From Patescibacteria group bacterium (GTDB lineage Bacteria; Patescibacteriota; Minisyncoccia; JAHIHE01; JAGLIN01), in contig JAYEHC010000045.1 of assembly GCA_034659355.1 (NCBI GenBank), forward strand, positions 1 through 39,502: a DNA stretch of 39,502 nt, given 5' to 3'. The notes under the pieces are model-generated. The model did no database searches, was not told the DNA's origin, and was given only the letters and a program-made list of their open reading frames with translations. Each line of letters starts with the position of its first letter. Position 1 is the first letter of the stretch. Made by a program: the position numbers and the translations under genes. Positions 7,673 to 16,791 of the stretch are shown here, one piece after another.

Positions 7673-7898
7673 AAATAAAAATAGATTTGCGTAAAAGCAC
7701 ATTGAAAATATAAGTCTGTTTCTTGATTTTTGGAGATAGCGTTGAGTTTTTAAAATTATTTTAGTTTAAAAATTCCCCGCTGTTTCTAAGAGAGAGTGGA
7801 TAATATTTTACTCTTGATGAAATTAGAAATAGACAAAACAACAGGAAGTAGATAAAACGAGAACTAGAACAATTCTAGTTGGGCTACTGGCGTTAACA

Positions 7899-8456
7899 AT
7901 GCTGGTAGCAATAGCGGCAGTGCCGGCGGCAGCCTATACATACAATCGGCAAGCAGCGGCAGACTACGCGCTTAACAACGCGTACAAAAATGTGCCAGGA
8001 AGCTGGCATTTTAGAGACAATGGTGGTGATTGTACCAACTTTGTATCCCATTCTCTTAAAGCAGGAGGATGGAGGGAAATCGGAGGATGGAGTCATACAA
8101 GCGATGATGTATGGTTTTATGACTACCCGTATAGATATGGGTATAGCCATACATGGACACACGCCGATAAGTTCTATCATTTTATGAGTAGAACTTCAAG
8201 AGCTAATCCTGTTTCAGTAAAAAGAAACAGTTATCTGTTGCAAGTAGGCGATGTTGTCCAGATAGACTACAAGGATAGGTATGGAAATTATGGAAGCTGG
8301 GATCATACGATGATTGTTACCGCTAAAGCGGGCAACAAATTGTTTATGTCTTATCACACGAAAGACACGGGAAATAGAGCTCTTTCAGCTATAAGACAAG
8401 AGAGCCCGAATGCTCGCTTTATTGGCTGGCATATCCATAATAACTACAACTACTAA
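7899..8456 (+). CDS. putative cell-wall amidase (Amidase_6-like domain)
   Basis: The GGDCTNFVSHSLKAGGW motif is typical of the putative amidase domain family. The gene is locally much more GC-rich than its neighbours. A signal-anchor-like sequence is encoded in frame upstream of the ATG. Confidence 0.6.
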   Translation: MLVAIAAVPAAAYTYNRQAAADYALNNAYKNVPGSWHFRDNGGDCTNFVSHSLKAGGWREIGGWSHTSDDVWFYDYPYRYGYSHTWTHADKFYHFMSRTSRANPVSVKRNSYLLQVGDVVQIDYKDRYGNYGSWDHTMIVTAKAGNKLFMSYHTKDTGNRALSAIRQESPNARFIGWHIHNNYNY

Positions 8457-8573
8457 AATTGCTCAAAGACAATTTTAGTAATCCCTGAGCAGAGCAAGCG
8501 ATGACTTAGTGTCGTTTTGCCGTTAGCTTACTTTTCTTTTTTTTAAAATTAGACTTTATTCAATAATATAACA

Positions 8574-9293
8574 ATGAACTTTAATAAAAAATATATAATT
8601 ATTTCAACGGTGGTTTCTATGTTGTTTATAATTATGTTTCATGAAATATATTTCTTATTTGAATTTCTTGTACCTTATTCTAATATAGTAAATGTAGTTT
8701 TTGCTGTAATCCTTTTGTTCATTTTAAAATATTTTTACGACAAAAAGCGTTTAAATACTTTTATAGCAATTTCCATATTGTCAATGATATTTTTCATATT
8801 TTGTTTAGATGATATTCTTCCCTCTTTCATAGAAAAAGTCACTAATAAAACACCTGAGGAAAAAGTTGAAGTTTATGTGCGAGCGGTTGCCGAAAATGAT
8901 AAAGAGAAAGCGTTGAGTCTTTGGGAAATTCCTGATTCTTACAAACTCAATTTGGAATATCGCAATAAAATAAAAGATCGCGGAAAACAGATAACTGGAA
9001 AAATGATTGAAAAGGGGATAAAATCGGATTTTACCATTACGCATATTGAATGGTGGAGTACTTGTTGTATGCCAAGCGTAACTGAAAATTCTCGTGTAGC
9101 AGGAGAAGCTAAAGTCCATGTTCAGCTTATAGATTCTAATAATATTAAATCCGTTTATATTTTTGATGTTATTGTTCCAGGAGGTTATGAAGGAGGATTG
9201 ACAGAACATTCAATTCGGCATTGGGTCATATCTGATATTTACCCCGAAAACGAAGAATCGTTGTTTTGGACGAGGAAAAACGAAAATTTTTAA
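8574..9293 (+). CDS. hypothetical membrane protein
   Basis: 239-aa ORF with three N-terminal hydrophobic helices and a soluble C-terminal domain. No motif recognised. Confidence 0.5.
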   Translation: MNFNKKYIIISTVVSMLFIIMFHEIYFLFEFLVPYSNIVNVVFAVILLFILKYFYDKKRLNTFIAISILSMIFFIFCLDDILPSFIEKVTNKTPEEKVEVYVRAVAENDKEKALSLWEIPDSYKLNLEYRNKIKDRGKQITGKMIEKGIKSDFTITHIEWWSTCCMPSVTENSRVAGEAKVHVQLIDSNNIKSVYIFDVIVPGGYEGGLTEHSIRHWVISDIYPENEESLFWTRKNENF

Positions 9294-9405
9294 TTTAACA
9301 TCATGCTCTTCTGCGGGAATGGGTTTGCAACCCATTCCAAATATTTTGAAAATAAATAAAACTTGCTGGAAATAAAAATTGTGAAAATTTATATCTAAAT
9401 AGACT

Positions 9406-10041
9406 ATGCTAAAAACTAAACTATACAATCAAGAGGGGAAAGAAACGGGCGAGGTGGAATTGTCGGAGAGTGTTTTTGGCGTGGAATTGGTTGATGATTT
9501 GGTGCATCAGGCGGTGGTGGCGCAGATGGCGAACGCGAGGCAGGTTTTGGCGGATACGAAAGACAAAGGCGAAGTGAGGGGCGGAGGAAAAAAGCCTTGG
9601 AAGCAGAAAGGAACCGGGAGAGCGAGGCACGGATCAAGCAGATCTCCTATTTGGAAAGGCGGGGGAGTAACATTTGGACCGACAAGCAACCGAAATTTTA
9701 GCAAGATGATTAATAAAAAAATGAAGACAAAAGCGCTTCTTATGGTTTTATCGGGAAAGCTGAGAGATAATGAAATAGTAGTTGTGGAAAATATAAAATT
9801 GGAAAAAGCCTCTACAAAAAAAATGAAAGATATTTTAGGAAAATTGCCATTAAGCGGAAAAGTTTTAATTTCAATGAATAAAAAAGACGACAGCGTTTTC
9901 AATTCAGTCAAGAACATTCAAAATATCTCAATGCTTGCCAGTGATTCTTTGAATGTTGTTGACTTGTTGAAAAACAAGATGTTGGTTATTGACAAAAAAG
10001 GAGTTGAGAGGGTTGGAGAGATTTATAAATTGTGTCTTTAG
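9406..10041 (+). CDS. rplD: 50S ribosomal protein L4
   Basis: GGGKKPWKQKGTGRARHGSSRSPIWKGGGVTFGP matches L4. Confidence 0.97.
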   Translation: MLKTKLYNQEGKETGEVELSESVFGVELVDDLVHQAVVAQMANARQVLADTKDKGEVRGGGKKPWKQKGTGRARHGSSRSPIWKGGGVTFGPTSNRNFSKMINKKMKTKALLMVLSGKLRDNEIVVVENIKLEKASTKKMKDILGKLPLSGKVLISMNKKDDSVFNSVKNIQNISMLASDSLNVVDLLKNKMLVIDKKGVERVGEIYKLCL

Positions 10042-10072
10042 CTATTCCTGTGGAAGCATAGGCGGGAATGAC
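10041..10072. repeat. degenerate solo right end of a GGAATGAC-type repeat
   Basis: ATTCCTGTGGAAGCATAGGCGGGAATGAC between rplD and rplW. Confidence 0.55.
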
Positions 10073-10133
10073 AATACATAGGTGTGTAAATTTTACAGCA
10101 ATTGATTTTAACAGAAATTTAATTATTATATAT

Positions 10134-10631
10134 ATGAGTATTTTAGATAAAATTAGAAAAAAACCGAAAGATAAAGAGAAGGAAGACAAGAGTAAGGCTG
10201 TAGATAAAAATGAAGTAAAGAAACAGGAATTAAAGAAAAAAGTTGACAAAAAAACAGAAAAGAAAGAAGATAAAAAACAAGACAGTAAGAAAAAAGATAA
10301 GACAGTTTCAAAAGTGAAGAAAGTAGCGAAGGAAAAAATACCGATTCATCATTTTGAAATAATCAGAAAACCGCATATTTCAGAAAAGGCGTTTAATCTT
10401 GAAAGTGAAGGAAAATATGTTTTTGTGGTTTCACCGTCCGCGAATAAAGTGGAAATAAAAAAGGCGATTCAGAATTTATACGGAGTTGTGGTAAAAAGCG
10501 TAAATATCGTGAAGGTCCCATCAAAGCCAAAAAGATTTAGAGGTGTTCCCGGAACTAAAAGCGGATATAAAAAAGCAGTGGTTACTTTAGCGAAAGGGAG
10601 TAAGATTGATGTGATGAAAGAGGCGAAATAA
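10134..10631 (+). CDS. rplW: 50S ribosomal protein L23 with Lys-rich N-terminal extension
   Basis: L23 core: IIRKPHISEKAF...KVEIKKAIQNLYGVVVKSVNIV. ATG 10134 was chosen because the upstream part of the ORF lies in a repeat end. Confidence 0.9.
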   Translation: MSILDKIRKKPKDKEKEDKSKAVDKNEVKKQELKKKVDKKTEKKEDKKQDSKKKDKTVSKVKKVAKEKIPIHHFEIIRKPHISEKAFNLESEGKYVFVVSPSANKVEIKKAIQNLYGVVVKSVNIVKVPSKPKRFRGVPGTKSGYKKAVVTLAKGSKIDVMKEAK

Positions 10632-10637
10632 ATTATT

Positions 10638-10748
10638 GTCATTCCCGTGAAGACGAGAATCCATTGCTACAATTTATTTTATGAAAAGTCAAGTAATGAA
10701 TGGTAAAAATAAATTGTAATAGTGGATTCCTGCCTACGCAGGAATGAC
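10638..10748. repeat. family A MITE/REPIN-like doublet
   Basis: Roughly 90 percent identical by eye to 6418-6529. Lies between rplW and rplB. Confidence 0.9.
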
Positions 10749-10811
10749 AAAGAATAGTTTTAGAGTCATTGGAAAAAATATTTTAATTTTCAAATTTAGC
10801 AATTTAATTAT

Positions 10812-11660
10812 ATGCCAGTAAAGAAATACAAACCAACATCGCCGGGAAGAAGAGGAATGAGTGTAACTGATTTCTCGGGTCTTGATAGGAAAAAACCGGA
10901 AAAGAAATTACTGAAAGCGAAGACGAGCAAAATGGGAAGAGGGAGCGCTGGGAAAATTACAACAAGACATCGAGGTGGCGGAGTAAAAAGAAAATACAGA
11001 GTGATTGATTTTAAAATGAACAAGATTGATATTCCCGCGAAAGTTCAAGCGATTGAATATGATCCGAACAGAACGGCTTTTATTGCTCTTGTCGCTTACG
11101 CTGATGGAGAGAAAAGGTATATCATCGCGCAGGAAGGTTTGAAAAAAGGCGATCAAATTGTTGTTTCTGAGAAGGCTCCGATTAAAATTGGAAACAGACT
11201 GCCACTCAAGAAAATTCCAATAGGAACAAGTATTTGCAATCTTGAAATGATTCCGGGAAAAGGCGGACAGATGGCGAGATCTGCCGGTTCCTCAGTAAAA
11301 TTAATGGCAATAGAAAGCGGATTTGCGCATATTGGCTTGCCGTCCGGAAATGTTAGAATAATTATGGAAGATTCTTACGCGACAATAGGACAGATTAGCA
11401 ATATGGATCACAATAAAGTTGTGATTGGCAAGGCAGGAAGATCAAGATGGATGGGAAGACGACCGCAAGTTAGAGGAAGCGCGATGAATCCCGTGGATCA
11501 TCCGCATGGAGGCGGAGAAGGAAGACAGCCAATTGGATTGAAGCATCCGAAAACGCCGTGGGGCAAGCCAGCTCTGGGAGTAAAGACAAGAAAGAAAAAT
11601 AAACGGTTGAATATATATAAGAGGAGAAGAGAGGAGACAACAGTAGAGGTAAAAGAATAG
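10812..11660 (+). CDS. rplB: 50S ribosomal protein L2
   Basis: PTSPGRR..., [23 protein letters not shown] matches L2. Confidence 0.98.
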   Translation: MPVKKYKPTSPGRRGMSVTDFSGLDRKKPEKKLLKAKTSKMGRGSAGKITTRHRGGGVKRKYRVIDFKMNKIDIPAKVQAIEYDPNRTAFIALVAYADGEKRYIIAQEGLKKGDQIVVSEKAPIKIGNRLPLKKIPIGTSICNLEMIPGKGGQMARSAGSSVKLMAIESGFAHIGLPSGNVRIIMEDSYATIGQISNMDHNKVVIGKAGRSRWMGRRPQVRGSAMNPVDHPHGGGEGRQPIGLKHPKTPWGKPALGVKTRKKNKRLNIYKRRREETTVEVKE

Positions 11661-11691
11661 ATTTTTTAAAGTTATAAAATATACTAAAATT

Positions 11692-11892
11692 GTCATTCTG
11701 AACTTGGTTTAGAATCTACTTTCTTTTATATCTGACTAAATCTACAAATCACTGAACTTTTGAATAAATTGAAAATGCAACAATTATGTTAATAAAAGGA
11801 TGATTGAGTTTGTTCTGTAAATGAAAGTCTAGTGTAAATAGGATAAGTCAAAATCTAAGATACGAAAGATTCTGAAACAAGTTCAGAATGAC
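11692..11892. repeat. family C MITE (about 200 bp, GTCATTCTGAAC...GTTCAGAATGAC)
   Basis: The termini match 24702 and 34726. The interior is homologous in inverted orientation. Lies between rplB and rpsS. Confidence 0.88.
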
Positions 11893-11921
11893 AGTTGATA
11901 GCTTAAATATAAATAACCATT

Positions 11922-12212
11922 ATGTCAAGATCGCTAAAAAAAGGTCCTTATGTGGACGAAAAACTTCTTAAAAAAGTCAAAAATTTGAAAGTCGGTGATA
12001 AAACCGTAATTAAAACTTGGGCAAGAAATTCTACAATATCACCGGAAATGGTTGGGTTTGCTTTTGGAGTGCATAATGGAAAGACGCATATTGAAGTTTC
12101 TATTTCTGAAGATATGGTCGGACATAAACTTGGCGAGTTTTCTCCAACAAAAAAGTTTATCAGACACGGAGGTAAAATGCAGAAGGATATAGAGAATAAA
12201 GCGGGGAAGTAG
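11922..12212 (+). CDS. rpsS: 30S ribosomal protein S19
   Basis: [12 protein letters not shown]...VHNGK...[10 protein letters not shown] matches S19. Confidence 0.97.
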   Translation: MSRSLKKGPYVDEKLLKKVKNLKVGDKTVIKTWARNSTISPEMVGFAFGVHNGKTHIEVSISEDMVGHKLGEFSPTKKFIRHGGKMQKDIENKAGK

Positions 12213-12273
12213 TATAAACATATTGAAATTCATAATTACTGAAAAATAATATTATATATTTAAATGAATAACT

Positions 12274-12819
12274 ATGGAAGTTAAAGCGCATCTGAATCGT
12301 TTGAGAATATCGCCAAGAAAAGTAAGATTGGTCGCTGGTTTAGTGAGGAAGATGGATGTTGATGAAGCGAGAAAACAACTTGAATTTTTAAATAAAAAGC
12401 CGACAGATTTGTTATTAAAATTAATAAATTCAGCGGTTGCCAATGCAAGGAACAATTTTGATTTAGATGGAGATAATTTATATATTTCAGAGATACTTAT
12501 TAATGAAGGTCAGACGATGAAAAGATGGAGACCGAGAGCGATGGGAAGAGCTGCGAGAATAAATAAAAGAACATGTTGCGTGACGGTTGTTTTAGATGAA
12601 ATGATAAAGAAAGCGGATAAAGCGAAAAATGAGAAAACAGAAAAGGTGGAAACTTCAGAAAATAAAAACGAAAAAGTTGACGATATTAAAATGACAGGTA
12701 ATACTGAGGATACTGAAGCAGAAAAAACTTTAGAAAAAGGTGAGGTAAAGGATAAAGTAAAAGAAAATAATAAAGAAGTTAAAAAGATGGAAGATAAGAA
12801 TAACAAAAGTGGTAAATAG
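12274..12819 (+). CDS. rplV: 50S ribosomal protein L22 with Lys/Glu-rich C-terminal extension
   Basis: ISPRKVRLVAGLVR...MKRWRPRAMGRAARINKRT matches L22. Confidence 0.95.
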   Translation: MEVKAHLNRLRISPRKVRLVAGLVRKMDVDEARKQLEFLNKKPTDLLLKLINSAVANARNNFDLDGDNLYISEILINEGQTMKRWRPRAMGRAARINKRTCCVTVVLDEMIKKADKAKNEKTEKVETSENKNEKVDDIKMTGNTEDTEAEKTLEKGEVKDKVKENNKEVKKMEDKNNKSGK

Positions 12820-12836
12820 CAAAGCAAGCGGCAATA

Positions 12837-12872
12837 GTGAATTCCTCCCGAATTTACTTTGGGGGGAATGAC
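12837..12872. repeat. 36-nt solo hairpin unit
   Basis: GTGAATTCCTCCCGAATTTACTTTGGGGGGAATGAC downstream of rplV. Confidence 0.8.
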
Positions 12873-12911
12873 AAATTGCAGTTGTGTGTAAATAAAATGT
12901 AAAATAATAAA

Positions 12912-12936
12912 GGTTCTGAAACAAGTTCAGAACGAC
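12912..12936. repeat. family C solo right end
   Basis: GGTTCTGAAACAAGTTCAGAACGAC just upstream of rpsC. Confidence 0.7.
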
Positions 12937-12963
12937 AAGAGTAAAATGTTAAAATGCAGCAAT

Positions 12964-13611
12964 ATGGGAAAAAAAATAAATCCATTTTTATATAGGCTAG
13001 GTATTATCAGAGATTGGAAGTCAAGGTGGTTTAGCGATAAAAGATACAGCGAATATTTAAGAAATGATATTGAATTGCGCGAGTTTTTAAAAGAAAAATT
13101 GAAGAAGGCGGCGGTTGAAGATATTATTATTGAAAGATCGTCAAACAATGTGACTGTCAATATTCATTCTGCCAGACCGGGAATTATAATTGGAAGAGGG
13201 GGAGCGGACGCGGAAGAATTAAGAAAAGAAATCGCAAAAAAGATAAAAGAAAAAATTGAAGTCAAGGTTAATATAATTGAAGTAAGAAATTTTGAAGCGA
13301 GCGCAAAATTAATCGCGCAATCAATAGCCGAACAGCTTGAAAGAAGAATTCCGTTTAGAAGAACTATAAAAAAAGCGATTGAAAGGACGATGCAAAATAA
13401 GCAAGTAGAGGGAATAAAAGTGGCTGTTGCCGGAAGACTGGACGGAGCTGAAATGGCAAGAACCGAATGGTTGAGCGATGGAAAAATTCCACTGCAAACC
13501 CTAAGAGCTGATATTGATTTTGCAAAGTTTAATGCTCACACCACTTACGGAGTCGTTGGAATAAAAGTTTGGATATATAAAGGAGAGGTGTTTGAGGAGA
13601 AGAGGTCGTAG
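12964..13611 (+). CDS. rpsC: 30S ribosomal protein S3
   Basis: MGKKINPFLYRLGI..W.SRWF plus the KH-domain GIIIGRGG motif. Start refined to the ATG at 12964. Confidence 0.95.
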   Translation: MGKKINPFLYRLGIIRDWKSRWFSDKRYSEYLRNDIELREFLKEKLKKAAVEDIIIERSSNNVTVNIHSARPGIIIGRGGADAEELRKEIAKKIKEKIEVKVNIIEVRNFEASAKLIAQSIAEQLERRIPFRRTIKKAIERTMQNKQVEGIKVAVAGRLDGAEMARTEWLSDGKIPLQTLRADIDFAKFNAHTTYGVVGIKVWIYKGEVFEEKRS

Positions 13612-13642
13612 TTTTAAACTTTATAAACTTTAAACTCAAATT

Positions 13643-14050
13643 ATGTTGATGCCCAAAAAGGTAAAACACAGGAAGATGATGAAAGGGAGAATGCGCGGAA
13701 AAGCGCAGAGAGGAAATGTTATCTCTTTTGGCTCTTTTGCTATGAAATCGTTGGAAACATCATGGGTGACAAGTCGTCAAATTGAAGCGGCAAGGCGGGC
13801 AATGACCAGATATGTGCAGAGAGGCGGGAAGATTTGGATTAGGATATTTCCAGACAAACCGATTACCAAGAAACCAGCCGAAGTTCCGATGGGAAGCGGA
13901 AAGGGAAGTCTAGATCATTTTTCAGCGGTGGTAAAACCAGGCAGAATAATTTTTGAGATGGACGGGATAGAAAAAGATATGGCGAAAGAAGCGATGCGAA
14001 GAGCCAGCCATAAACTTCCAGTAAAAGTAAAGTTTATTGTTAAAGAATAA
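13643..14050 (+). CDS. rplP: 50S ribosomal protein L16
   Basis: [11 protein letters not shown]...[13 protein letters not shown]...PMGSGKG matches L16. Confidence 0.97.
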   Translation: MLMPKKVKHRKMMKGRMRGKAQRGNVISFGSFAMKSLETSWVTSRQIEAARRAMTRYVQRGGKIWIRIFPDKPITKKPAEVPMGSGKGSLDHFSAVVKPGRIIFEMDGIEKDMAKEAMRRASHKLPVKVKFIVKE

Positions 14051-14053
14051 TTA

Positions 14054-14128
14054 AAATCATATAAACATTTAAACTTGTGAATATAAGATATGATTATATG
14101 TTTAAATGCTTATATGCTTAAATGATTT
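14054..14128. repeat. AT-rich intergenic palindrome sharing the CATATAAACATTTAAAC module
   Basis: The same 17-mer recurs at about 17470. Its inverted partner GATTATATGTTTAAATGC is present. Confidence 0.6.
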
Positions 14129-14131
14129 ATT

Positions 14132-14332
14132 ATGAAAGCAAAAGAAATTAGACAACAATCCGATAAGCAGTTGCAGAATTTAATAAGAGAAAATAAAGAG
14201 AAACTGAAAAAGTTAAGATTTTCGCTTTCTAACAGGCAATTGAAAGATTATAGCGCGATAAATCAAACAAAGAAAATTATTGCCAGAGCAAAAACGATTT
14301 TAAAAGAAAGGATTTTGAAAGCAGATAACTAA
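14132..14332 (+). CDS. rpmC: 50S ribosomal protein L29
   Basis: 66-aa ORF in the conserved position between L16 and S17. KAKEIRQQSDKQL...LRF is L29-like. Confidence 0.9.
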   Translation: MKAKEIRQQSDKQLQNLIRENKEKLKKLRFSLSNRQLKDYSAINQTKKIIARAKTILKERILKADN

Positions 14333-14352
14333 TTTGAAAAGTAATTATATAT

Positions 14353-14622
14353 ATGAATAAAGAAAATAATAAAGAAACTAAAAGCGTGAAGAAAGGCAAA
14401 GTCGGGATTGTTGTGAGTGATAAAATGGATAAAACGGTTGTAGTGAAAATTGATCGGTTGAAAATGCACGCTAAATATAAGAAAAAATATAAAGTAAGCA
14501 AGAAATACAAAGCGCATGACGCGGGGAATGAATTTAAGATTGGAGATAAAGTTGAGATTATGGAAGTTAAGCCGATGAGCAAGGAGAAGAAGTGGGTGGC
14601 GAGGAGAGTTGAAAGTTTATAA
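14353..14622 (+). CDS. rpsQ: 30S ribosomal protein S17
   Basis: GIVVSDKMDKTVVVKIDR...HKKY...HD..N....GD.V.I.E..P.SK matches S17. Confidence 0.95.
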   Translation: MNKENNKETKSVKKGKVGIVVSDKMDKTVVVKIDRLKMHAKYKKKYKVSKKYKAHDAGNEFKIGDKVEIMEVKPMSKEKKWVARRVESL

Positions 14623-14672
14623 AAGAGAAGCAGAGAGTTTATAAAGTTGTAAAGTTGTAAAGAATGCTCTCT

Positions 14673-15113
14673 GTCATTCCCGCGTAGGCGGGAATCCATT
14701 GATACATTAAACTACATTTAAAAAAACAAAAGCAATAATTTTTTATGAAGCAATGTTATCTTTATATTTTAGCAAGTATAAAAAATGGCACTTTATATAT
14801 AGGAGTAACAAATAATTTACTAAGAAGAGTGCTTGAGCATAAAGATGATCTTGTTGACGGATTCACAAAAAAATACAAAGTTCATAAACTTGTTTGTTAT
14901 GAAGAAATTGATGATATTAAAGTTGCTATCCAAAGAGAAAAGCAAATTAAAAAATGGGAAAGGCAATGGAAGATAAATTTGATTGAAAAGAACAATCCCG
15001 AATGGAAAGATTTATATTACGATTTGCTTGACCAAAGTTAAATTTAGCAAAAGATTAGTGAAAATAATATAGTTGAGTGGTAATAATGGATTCCTGCCTA
15101 CGCGGGAATGACA
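14673..15113. mobile_element. 441-bp element with hairpin terminal inverted repeats carrying the GIY-YIG gene
   Basis: The left end is GTCATTCCCGCGTAGGCGGGAATCCATT. The reverse complement of the right end differs at 1 of 28 nt. The termini are the same as the family A MITEs. The subterminal AAAAGATTAG is shared with the MITE at 24317. Confidence 0.75.
14745..15041 (+). CDS. GIY-YIG nuclease family protein (short UPF0213/COG2827 type)
   Basis: YLYILAS..NGTLYIGVTNNLLRRVLEHK plus a downstream REKQIKKW motif. The 98 aa cover a catalytic domain only. Confidence 0.85.
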   Translation: MKQCYLYILASIKNGTLYIGVTNNLLRRVLEHKDDLVDGFTKKYKVHKLVCYEEIDDIKVAIQREKQIKKWERQWKINLIEKNNPEWKDLYYDLLDQS

Positions 15114-15226
15114 ATGCTGGAGGAAGATAAAAAGAGCAGTATGAAGAAATTAATAAGTACAATTATTGATATAGCAGTTAGACGATATATTTCTTATAAA
15201 AATAAGCAAAAGAATAATAAACAAAT

Positions 15227-15601
15227 ATGATTCAACAAGGAAGCAAACTTATCGTTGCGGACAATTCGGGGGCGAAATTGATTAAGTGCATTAAAGTTCT
15301 TGGCGGGACGAGAAGGCGCTATGCTTATGTTGGCGATGTGATTGTCGCGTCTGTGAAAGTGTCCGAGCCGAGAGGGCAGGTTAAGAAAAAAGAAGTTATT
15401 AAAGTTGTGATTGTCAGGCAGAAAAAAGCGTTAAGAAGAAAAGATGGATCATATATTCGTTTTGATGATAATGCTGCTGTGGTTGTTGACGACAAAGACA
15501 GGATAACACCGAGAGCGACTCGTGTTTTCGGACCGGTAGCGAGAGAATTGCGAGAAAAAGGTTTTATGAAAATAGTCTCATTGGCGCCGGAAGTATTATA
15601 G
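15227..15601 (+). CDS. rplN: 50S ribosomal protein L14
   Basis: [17 protein letters not shown]...RFDDNA matches L14. Confidence 0.98.
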   Translation: MIQQGSKLIVADNSGAKLIKCIKVLGGTRRRYAYVGDVIVASVKVSEPRGQVKKKEVIKVVIVRQKKALRRKDGSYIRFDDNAAVVVDDKDRITPRATRVFGPVARELREKGFMKIVSLAPEVL

Positions 15602-15638
15602 TAAGTTAAAAGTTTATAAAGTAGAAAGTTATAGAATT

Positions 15639-15965
15639 ATGAAAATTAAAACTAATGATAAAGTAAAAGTAGTTGCCGGGAAAGACAGAGGAAAGAAAGG
15701 CAAAGTTATAAAAGTGATTTCTGAGAAAAACAGAGTTATTGTTGATGGTGTCAACTTTATGAAAAAGCATATTAAGGCGAGAAAAAGCGGAGAGAAAGGT
15801 CAAAAAATAACAGTTTCCGCGCCTATTAATATCTCTAATGTTGTTTTAATTTGTCCAAAATGCAACAAGCAAACAAGAATTGGACATCTTGTTTTGGAGA
15901 ATAAAGAAAAGCATAGAGTTTGCAGGAAATGCGGGGAAAATATTGACGCGCAGGTTGAAAAATAG
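15639..15965 (+). CDS. rplX: 50S ribosomal protein L24 (with CxxC...CxxC ribbon)
   Basis: KOW motif: DKVKVVAGKDRGKKGKV. Sits in the conserved L24 position. Confidence 0.93.
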   Translation: MKIKTNDKVKVVAGKDRGKKGKVIKVISEKNRVIVDGVNFMKKHIKARKSGEKGQKITVSAPINISNVVLICPKCNKQTRIGHLVLENKEKHRVCRKCGENIDAQVEK

Positions 15966-15995
15966 AATCATTTAAACAAGTTGTTTAACCAAATT

Positions 15996-16100
15996 GCTAG
16001 TTCCAAGTTGTACTTGAAGCCATAATACACTAACAACGGTAATGTTTTAAACTATTCTGTTAGTGCATCAAGATTCGGAGTACAACTCCGAACTAGCAAA
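15996..16100. repeat. about 105-nt long imperfect hairpin between rplX and rplE
   Basis: TTGCTAGTTCCAAGTTGTAC pairs with GTACAACTCCGAACTAGCAA. The inner arms TACACTAACAACGG and CTGTTAGTGCA also pair. Confidence 0.6.
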
Positions 16101-16184
16101 GCGCTTAATATAAAATGTGAGTTTAATAAATTTAAAAAATAGACAGAAAAATTTGTTAAAATATTAGTATCTTAAAATGTTAGT

Positions 16185-16730
16185 ATGATTAGATTAAAAG
16201 AAAAATATAGCAAAGAAATTATTCCCGAAATGAGGAAAGAGTTTGGTTATAAAAGCAATATGGCCGTTCCTAAGGTGTCAAAAATTGTTGTTAATATGGG
16301 TTTGGGAAAATTTTTAAGAGATGGCAGTAAAGATGATTTGGAAAAAATAATAAAAGATCTCACTAATATTACCGGTCAAAAACCAGTTATCACAAAAGCG
16401 AAGAAGGCTATTGCCGGTTTTAAAATAAGAGAAGGAATGCCAGTTGGTTTAATGGCGACTTTAAGAGGAGTAAGGATGTATGAATTTATGGACAGATTGG
16501 TTAGTGTTACTCTTCCGCAGATAAGAGATTTCAGGGGGCTCAGTAAAAAAGCGTTTGATAAAAATGGAAATTTTAGCATTGGGATAAAAGAACATATTAT
16601 TTTTTTTGAAGTGAATAAAGAAGATATAAAACATATTTTAGGAATGGAAATTAATATAGTAACTACGGCGAAAACAGATGAAGAAGCGTGTAAGCTTTTA
16701 AAAGGTTTGGGATTTCCCATTGTGGAATAA
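16185..16730 (+). CDS. rplE: 50S ribosomal protein L5
   Basis: LKEKY...NMAVPKVSKIVVNMG...KAIAGFKIREGMPVG matches L5. Confidence 0.97.
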   Translation: MIRLKEKYSKEIIPEMRKEFGYKSNMAVPKVSKIVVNMGLGKFLRDGSKDDLEKIIKDLTNITGQKPVITKAKKAIAGFKIREGMPVGLMATLRGVRMYEFMDRLVSVTLPQIRDFRGLSKKAFDKNGNFSIGIKEHIIFFEVNKEDIKHILGMEINIVTTAKTDEEACKLLKGLGFPIVE

Positions 16731-16791
16731 ATTTAAAAGATTTTCGCTGGTTCTAATCTGAACCGGCAGAATAAAATGTTAAAGCAATTTT

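Noticed and set aside
7893-8187. ORFs 7893-8180 (-) and 7990-8187 (+) overlapping the amidase gene.
   Set aside because: The locally high GC removes stop codons in the other frames. The Amidase_6-like frame carries the recognisable motif.
14277-14699. 140-aa minus-strand ORF beginning MDSRLRGNDRE. Similar peptides appear in ORFs 24402-24608 (MDSRLRRND), 24232-24480 and 23426-23617.
   Set aside because: The recurring peptide is simply the translation of the GGATTCC...GGAATGAC hairpin repeat. These ORFs overlap rpmC/rpsQ or lie entirely in MITE DNA and have no independent coding support.
14673-15113. GIY-YIG element as a group I intron with a homing endonuclease.
   Set aside because: It lies between two complete genes (rpsQ and rplN) rather than interrupting one. 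It has symmetric hairpin termini shared with gene-less repeats, and no intron core structure was evident by eye.
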